The notes below the pieces were generated by a model that made no database searches, had not been told where the DNA came from, and was given only the letters and a program-made list of their open reading frames with translations. The position numbers and the translations under genes were made by a program. Positions 59,040 to 64,000 of a DNA stretch of 64,000 nucleotides are shown in pieces (the stretch's first letter is position 1; each line of letters begins with the position of its first letter). The DNA comes from a bacterium (GTDB taxonomy: Bacteria > Bacillota > Sulfobacillia > UBA995): NCBI GenBank assembly GCA_031082145.1, contig JAVHLP010000008.1, forward strand, positions 8,818 through 72,817, given 5' to 3'.

Positions 59040-59390
59040 TCACTTCTGCTTCTCCGCCGCCCCTTCCATCCGCAGTTTCTGCAAGAGTGGCGCAGCTTCC
59101 ATAATGCTCTTCAGTCCTGCCTGCGGGACACAAGCGAGTCGCGAGAGCATGTCAAGGTCGTCACGATGGGCAAGTTTCCCATCACATGCACAACGGGAGT
59201 TGCATGGGCACTGGCTGCCGTTCCGTGAATCACAAGGGCAGTGACCCTCACAGCATTTCGATGCAGCTGATATGTCGAAGGTGGGTAGCTTCGCCGCTGC
59301 GAGGGCCGGCACCACTGCGAGTGATAGCTGCTCAGCAATGCTCTTCGCCAGCGCGCTCAACTCCTCCGTCCTGAGGACCTCTGACATCAT
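59040..59390 (-). CDS. Cys-rich candidate RiPP precursor (116 aa)
   Basis: AAGGAG 6 nt before the ATG at 59390 (alternative ATG at 59453 overlaps the rSAM end); core CCEGHCPCDSRNGSQCPCNSRCACDGK. Confidence 0.75.
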   Translation of the reverse strand: MMSEVLRTEELSALAKSIAEQLSLAVVPALAAAKLPTFDISAASKCCEGHCPCDSRNGSQCPCNSRCACDGKLAHRDDLDMLSRLACVPQAGLKSIMEAAPLLQKLRMEGAAEKQK

Positions 59391-59439
59391 CGCCAGCTCC
59401 TTTCGTTCGAAGGCTCCTCCCTTTCCCGTCACAGCCGCG

Positions 59440-60912
59440 TCACACCAAAGCATCACCTCCTCCCGTCTGGCTGGGGGCAAACAGAGTGCATAGCAGCTCA
59501 TCGGCCGTGATATTGCGGGTGAGGAAGCATCGTTGCAGTGCCTCGGAGCCTATCACAGCCTGCAAGCCGCCCAGCGCCGCTTTGGCGATGCAGTCGCCGC
59601 CGCAGTTCCACTTCACGAAACAGTCTCGACACCGCTCAATCCCTGTGACGTCGAGGCTCCTGAGCCGGCGCACCTTGTTGTTGTCAAGGACGAACGCATT
59701 CAACGATGGGTCGTAGCACCCATAGATGAACATGTCCCCACGAGGATCTGATAGGTCAAGAACTTCGTAACAAGAGGACACGAATCCGTCCGTTGAGACG
59801 CAGAAGTTCAAGTCGGGTCCGTAGGCGCTACAGAAGCTCGATCGGAGACCATCCAACCGGCAACTTGACAGGCCGATCTGCATTCCGTTCTGGCGTCCAA
59901 ACGCACTGGCTTCTCGGAAATGGATCAAGAACTTCGACATGAGATCGGAGTCTGCCAGACCAGCGTCACGAGCACGCCCGGTCTCGCACACCGGCTCGAA
60001 GTTGATGTACCGGCATTTCGTCTTCTCGCGGACAAACACGGCAAAGTCCTTCATGCTCTGTACGCCGATGGAAGTGACCGTGCTGCGGATGCAGTAGTCC
60101 ACATGGTGCTCCTCCAGCAGCCTCAGTGAGCGCATGAGCGTCTCAAAGCTGCTCGCGCCGCTCCGCAATGGCCGCTGGACGTCCATGATCTCTTGTAGGC
60201 CATCCATTGAGATACCGACACGGAAGCCATGCTCTGCGAGGAATGATGCTTTGGCCGTGCTCAGAATGCCATTAGTTACCAACGAGAACCGCGGGGTTAG
60301 CCCCTCTCGATCGCAGAGGTCTTCTGCCAAGAGCACCGATTGGCGGAGAAGGGGCCAATTGGCCGTGGGCTCTCCCTGGCCGTGAAACTCGACCTCAAAC
60401 GTGTCCTTCGATCTGGCAACCGAATTGTCGAAGACAGTGCGCAGGGCCGCTTCTGCCGTCTTCCAAGACATTGCGCGGGGGCTGTCGCCACCGTGAATGT
60501 AGCAGTAGATGCAGGCCATTTGGCAAGCCGATGTAAGCGAGAGCGTAAGCTGTGTGGGGAGAAAATCATCTTCTTGATGCCCATTGCACATGCGAGGGTG
60601 CAGTCTTGCCTTCGTATCGAGGAGACGGATCAAGTCCTCATCGGGCTTGATCTCACATTCCGAGAGGCACGTCGACATTGAGGCGGTCGGATTGAGCAAG
60701 ATGCTGGCGAGACCCGCGCCGGTAATGAGGACCAGCAAACCCTGAAGGGGAGAATACAGCAGATACCCGTCGAGATAAGGTATGGCAAACAGGTCGTCTC
60801 CTACCACGAACCAGGAGTCGCTACCGTGGTACCGAACGCACTCACTCAGCCGTGCTTGGAGTGCAGCCTCGGTTGAGAGTTGTTGCAGCGACAACGGAGC
60901 GCGCTGTGCCAT
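59440..60912 (-). CDS. Radical SAM/SPASM-domain maturase
   Basis: CQMACIYC, FHGQGEPT, VTNG and SMDG motifs; SPASM Cys set FC...SSC...CRDCFVKWNCGGDC...C; N-terminal extension. The start codon is uncertain. Confidence 0.93.
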   Translation of the reverse strand: MAQRAPLSLQQLSTEAALQARLSECVRYHGSDSWFVVGDDLFAIPYLDGYLLYSPLQGLLVLITGAGLASILLNPTASMSTCLSECEIKPDEDLIRLLDTKARLHPRMCNGHQEDDFLPTQLTLSLTSACQMACIYCYIHGGDSPRAMSWKTAEAALRTVFDNSVARSKDTFEVEFHGQGEPTANWPLLRQSVLLAEDLCDREGLTPRFSLVTNGILSTAKASFLAEHGFRVGISMDGLQEIMDVQRPLRSGASSFETLMRSLRLLEEHHVDYCIRSTVTSIGVQSMKDFAVFVREKTKCRYINFEPVCETGRARDAGLADSDLMSKFLIHFREASAFGRQNGMQIGLSSCRLDGLRSSFCSAYGPDLNFCVSTDGFVSSCYEVLDLSDPRGDMFIYGCYDPSLNAFVLDNNKVRRLRSLDVTGIERCRDCFVKWNCGGDCIAKAALGGLQAVIGSEALQRCFLTRNITADELLCTLFAPSQTGGGDALV

Positions 60913-61300
60913 TGAGTGTCACTTGCCTTTCTGTCCTGTACCTGCCGGAGGAAACGCTCTGAGCGGCTTGAAAACCACCGAACCCTGGCTCCGCGACGTC
61001 GCAGCCCATGCCTGCTGCCAATATCTGGGTTCACCGTGTACGCGGTGACTCCTCTTTGTAGCCCGCTGGTTGGGTCGACACCGTCAACGCTTCTGCGCGC
61101 TCCCGAGTCCCGCGAAGGACATGGGCCAACAAGGAGGTCGCTTCCTCCAGGTTCATGGGCGGGAGGGGAGACTGGAACCTACCTGGGCATGCCGCCGCGA
61201 CTCCTGCGGTGTTGGCTGTCTGAGTGAACCGAGTCCCCACCGAGAGTGCCCGCCAGTATGTCGGTTCCGAGGGCACGATAGTGGCAGCTGCCCGTGAGCC

Positions 61301-61416
61301 CCGTGACATCGAGCGTTCACTGCGGCGGGCCGACGGTTGGCCGCGCTAACCTGCGTCAACCGTAGTGCATCGGACTGGGCACCGACGGCCGGTGTCAGGT
61401 GGAGCGGATGTCAGCC
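61301..61416 (-). repeat. Imperfect palindrome with attC-like layout
   Basis: TGACATC...GATGTCA terminal inverted repeat; inner boxes CCACCTGAC / GCAGTGA; 116 bp. Confidence 0.4.
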
Positions 61417-61448
61417 TGTCGTCTTCCCGGCAAGGGACGCTGGTGAGG

Positions 61449-62060
61449 TTACCACGAGTAGCAGCGGAGCTCGACGTTCACCTCATCGAGGCTGAAGTGG
61501 TCAGGGTCCCACGGCCCGCCAAGCCACGCCACCATCTCGTCGTGCTCCTCGCGGGCGGGATCGGCGATGATCTCCAGTAGGCGGTAATAACCCCCGATGC
61601 CGCCGCAGTCCTCGGGCGGGCAGGCTCGCCGCCCGGCCAGGCAGGTCGGGCAGGTCACACTCTCCTGGGCCGGCAGGATCCGCTCCACCTTGACCGAGTG
61701 CCTCCAGCCGTCCCCGTAGTCATACTCGTACAGGAACGTGCTCCCCTCGAAAGGGACCAATCGCTGCAGCACCGCCCTTGTGGCCTCGCGCATGTCGAAC
61801 CAGGGATCGTCCTCGAGTTCCTCACCGTACTCCTCGCCGGCAATCCTGAAACGGTACAGATGGCAGTTCAGCCACCCCATGGCGATCTGAATGGCCATGT
61901 GCAGCCCGGCCAGGGTAATGTTACCCGGCACCTGGAGCCGCCGCCAGATCGGGGGCTTGCTGCCGCCGAGAGTGACTTTGAGCTGGTAGACACGCCTGGG
62001 TGAGGCCCGCCGCGTCCGCTGCGGACCCGCTTGCCGCCCGATCTCCTGTTGCCGTGACAA
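61449..62060 (-). CDS. Plasmid pRiA4b ORF-3 family protein
   Basis: YQLKVTL, PPIWRR, LH..IQ..MGW, YEYDYGDGW and CPPEDCGG motifs. Confidence 0.92.
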   Translation of the reverse strand: MSRQQEIGRQAGPQRTRRASPRRVYQLKVTLGGSKPPIWRRLQVPGNITLAGLHMAIQIAMGWLNCHLYRFRIAGEEYGEELEDDPWFDMREATRAVLQRLVPFEGSTFLYEYDYGDGWRHSVKVERILPAQESVTCPTCLAGRRACPPEDCGGIGGYYRLLEIIADPAREEHDEMVAWLGGPWDPDHFSLDEVNVELRCYSW

Positions 62061-62081
62061 ATCTATCCCATCCTCTGCCGC

Positions 62082-63260
62082 TTAGTCGTGTCGAAGGGCC
62101 GCCACCGGCTCCATGCGCGCGGCCCGCCGGGCCGGCCACACACCGAAGAACAGCCCCACCGCCAGTGAGAAGCCGAAGGCCAGTCCTATCCCCCACCACG
62201 ATGTGGCGACGGGCAGGTGGCGGATGAGCCGGGCGGCCAGCCTGGCTCCCCCGATCCCCACAGCAATCCCGATCAGGCCGCCGACCACGGAGAGAACGGC
62301 GGCCTCGACCAGGAACTGTAACAGCACGTCCCGGTCGCGAGCGCCGACGGCCTTGCGGATCCCGATCTCGTGGGTGCGCTCGGTGACGGTTGCCAGCATG
62401 ATATTCATGATCCCGATCCCGCCGACGATCAGCGAGATGCTGGCTATCCCGGTCAGGACCCCGGTCAGGATGGTGAGGACGGAGTCGATGGCGTCGATCA
62501 TGGCCTGCTGGTGCAGGACCCCGACCCCCGCGCCGCTGTGGCGTTCCTTCAGGAGGCTCTCGATCTCGTCCGCCAGCGCGGCGACCTTGGCCGTGCTCTC
62601 CGCTCTCACGGCGATGTGGCCTAGCTCGGTCCGCAGGCCCAGCTCATCGGCAGCTTCCAGGCTGATATAACTACGCCGGTCGAAGTTGTACATGAGAACC
62701 GACGGCTGCGGGGCAAGCACGCCGCGGACCGTGAAGGCGGTATCGGCCAGCAGTACCTCCTGGCCGACGGCGCTCCCACCGGGGAACAGGGAGACCGACA
62801 GTCTGGCTCCCAGGACGATCCCCCGGCGGTCACCGGCTGCCAGGAAGCAGCCGTCGGCCAGGGACAGGCGGAAGGCCGCCTCCGCAGCCGGTTCGGTCGC
62901 CACCACGGTGCCGGTCACCCGCAAATCCCCGGCCGCCAGTTCACCTGAGGAATCCGCCACCGAGCAGGCTGCCAGGACACCCTCCAGCCGGGAGATGGCA
63001 GCGGTATCGGCCGGGGTGAGCCGGGCCGGGGGCCGGGAGCCGCGGGGCGCCGGCCCCATGCCCCCGCCGGTCACCATCAGGTGGTCGGGGGACATATCGC
63101 CCAACCGCCCGGTGGCCTCCTCCCTCGCCCCCTGGCCAATGGACACCAATGACACCACGGCGGCCACGCCGATGATGACGCCCAGCATGGTGAGACCCGA
63201 GCGGAGCTTGTTGGCCCCCATTCCATCCAGGGCCAGCCTGGCATAAGCCAGCAAGGTCAT
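62082..63260 (-). CDS. ABC transporter permease (MacB/FtsX type)
   Basis: [36 protein letters not shown] and QFLVEA motifs. Confidence 0.95.
   Translation of the reverse strand: MTLLAYARLALDGMGANKLRSGLTMLGVIIGVAAVVSLVSIGQGAREEATGRLGDMSPDHLMVTGGGMGPAPRGSRPPARLTPADTAAISRLEGVLAACSVADSSGELAAGDLRVTGTVVATEPAAEAAFRLSLADGCFLAAGDRRGIVLGARLSVSLFPGGSAVGQEVLLADTAFTVRGVLAPQPSVLMYNFDRRSYISLEAADELGLRTELGHIAVRAESTAKVAALADEIESLLKERHSGAGVGVLHQQAMIDAIDSVLTILTGVLTGIASISLIVGGIGIMNIMLATVTERTHEIGIRKAVGARDRDVLLQFLVEAAVLSVVGGLIGIAVGIGGARLAARLIRHLPVATSWWGIGLAFGFSLAVGLFFGVWPARRAARMEPVAALRHD
62097..62306. repeat. Direct repeat, copy 2 (3' end of the intact permease)
   Basis: Matches 58518..58727. Confidence 0.95.
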
Positions 63261-63955
63261 AGGCCCGCCCTCCTCTCGTCCCGGCTCACGCGGCCATCCC
63301 GGACCTCTATAATCCGGGGGGCGGCGGCGGCGATCTCGGGGTTGTGGGTAACAAGGATCAGCGTCCGGCCCTGCCGGTTGAGTGAGCCGAACAGGTCCAG
63401 GATCTCCCGGCCGGTACGGGTGTCCAGGTTGCCCGTGGGTTCGTCGGCCAGTATGAGACCGGGGTCGTTGACCAGCGCCCGGGCTATGGCCACCCGCTGC
63501 TGCTCGCCCCCGGACAGCTCACCGGGGCGGTGGGTCAGCCGATCCCCCAAGCCGACCTGCTCCAGGACACCCCCGGCCCGCTGCCGGGCCGCCCGCGGCG
63601 CTACCCCGGCATAGGTCAGGGGAAGAACCACGTTGTCCAGCGCGGCCAGGCGGCTCAGCAGGTTGAAGGTCTGGAAGACGAACCCCAGCCGCCGGTTCCT
63701 CAGCCGGGCCAGACCATCACCGGTCAGAGCAGTCACGTCTTGGCCGTCAAAGCGGTACCGGCCCGATGATGGCCGGTCCAAACACCCCAGGATATGCATC
63801 AAAGTTGACTTACCCGAACCCGACGGCCCGATGATGGAGACGAACTCGCCGGCATCAACGGCGAGGTTGACCCCCCGCAGGGCGTCAACGCTACCCCGTC
63901 CCTGGCCGTATACCTTGGTGAGCTCCTCCACTTCCAAGAGAGGCATCAGCCGCAT
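63257..63955 (-). CDS. ABC transporter ATP-binding protein (MacB/LolD type)
   Basis: GPSGSGKST, LSGGEQQR, ADEPTGNLD and VTH motifs. Confidence 0.96.
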   Translation of the reverse strand: MRLMPLLEVEELTKVYGQGRGSVDALRGVNLAVDAGEFVSIIGPSGSGKSTLMHILGCLDRPSSGRYRFDGQDVTALTGDGLARLRNRRLGFVFQTFNLLSRLAALDNVVLPLTYAGVAPRAARQRAGGVLEQVGLGDRLTHRPGELSGGEQQRVAIARALVNDPGLILADEPTGNLDTRTGREILDLFGSLNRQGRTLILVTHNPEIAAAAPRIIEVRDGRVSRDERRAGL

Positions 63956-64000
63956 CCCTCCGTCCAGCCTCGGATTTCCCTCTGGACCGCCGTTATCCTG

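Noticed and set aside
58781-59228. ORFs 58781..59038(-) and 58806..59228(+) as extra peptide genes
   Set aside because: No convincing RBS or motifs; they span a stem-loop or lie antisense to the better-supported Cys-rich ORF.
1-64000. CRISPR array, tRNA/rRNA genes, transposase or integrase
   Set aside because: None was recognised anywhere in the window by eye.

Overview
High-GC, gene-dense chromosomal window. Gene content (YheC/YheD, PdaB-like deacetylase, CotH, SigH-like promoter motifs, class A RNase P RNA) suggests an endospore-forming Bacillota member. Housekeeping and metabolic genes include rnpB, glnS, an RNase HIII-type nuclease, etfAB, iorAB, a kbl-like enzyme, a LarA-family enzyme and nitroreductases. 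Three accessory loci stand out. (1) At 57.6-63.9 kb, a lower-GC segment lies between two ~210-bp direct repeats of an ABC-permease 3' end. It carries a radical SAM/SPASM gene followed by a 116-aa ORF with an internal Cys-rich core (three C-x-C-[DN]-[SG]-[RK] units). A DUF692/MNIO-like gene and an ABC exporter flank it, making it a candidate undescribed RiPP system. (2) At 8.1-16.8 kb, a peptide-ligase locus (two YheC/D ATP-grasps plus a phiEco32-type COOH-NH2 ligase) converges on an exported protein with one intact and four Zn-ligand-less M14 peptidase domains. A second ligase copy at 48.3 kb sits between two paralogous TPR genes. (3) At 29.6-34.9 kb, a VTC/DUF4956/CotH/two-component operon lies next to rnpB. 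All calls come from motif reading by eye; no database searches were run.
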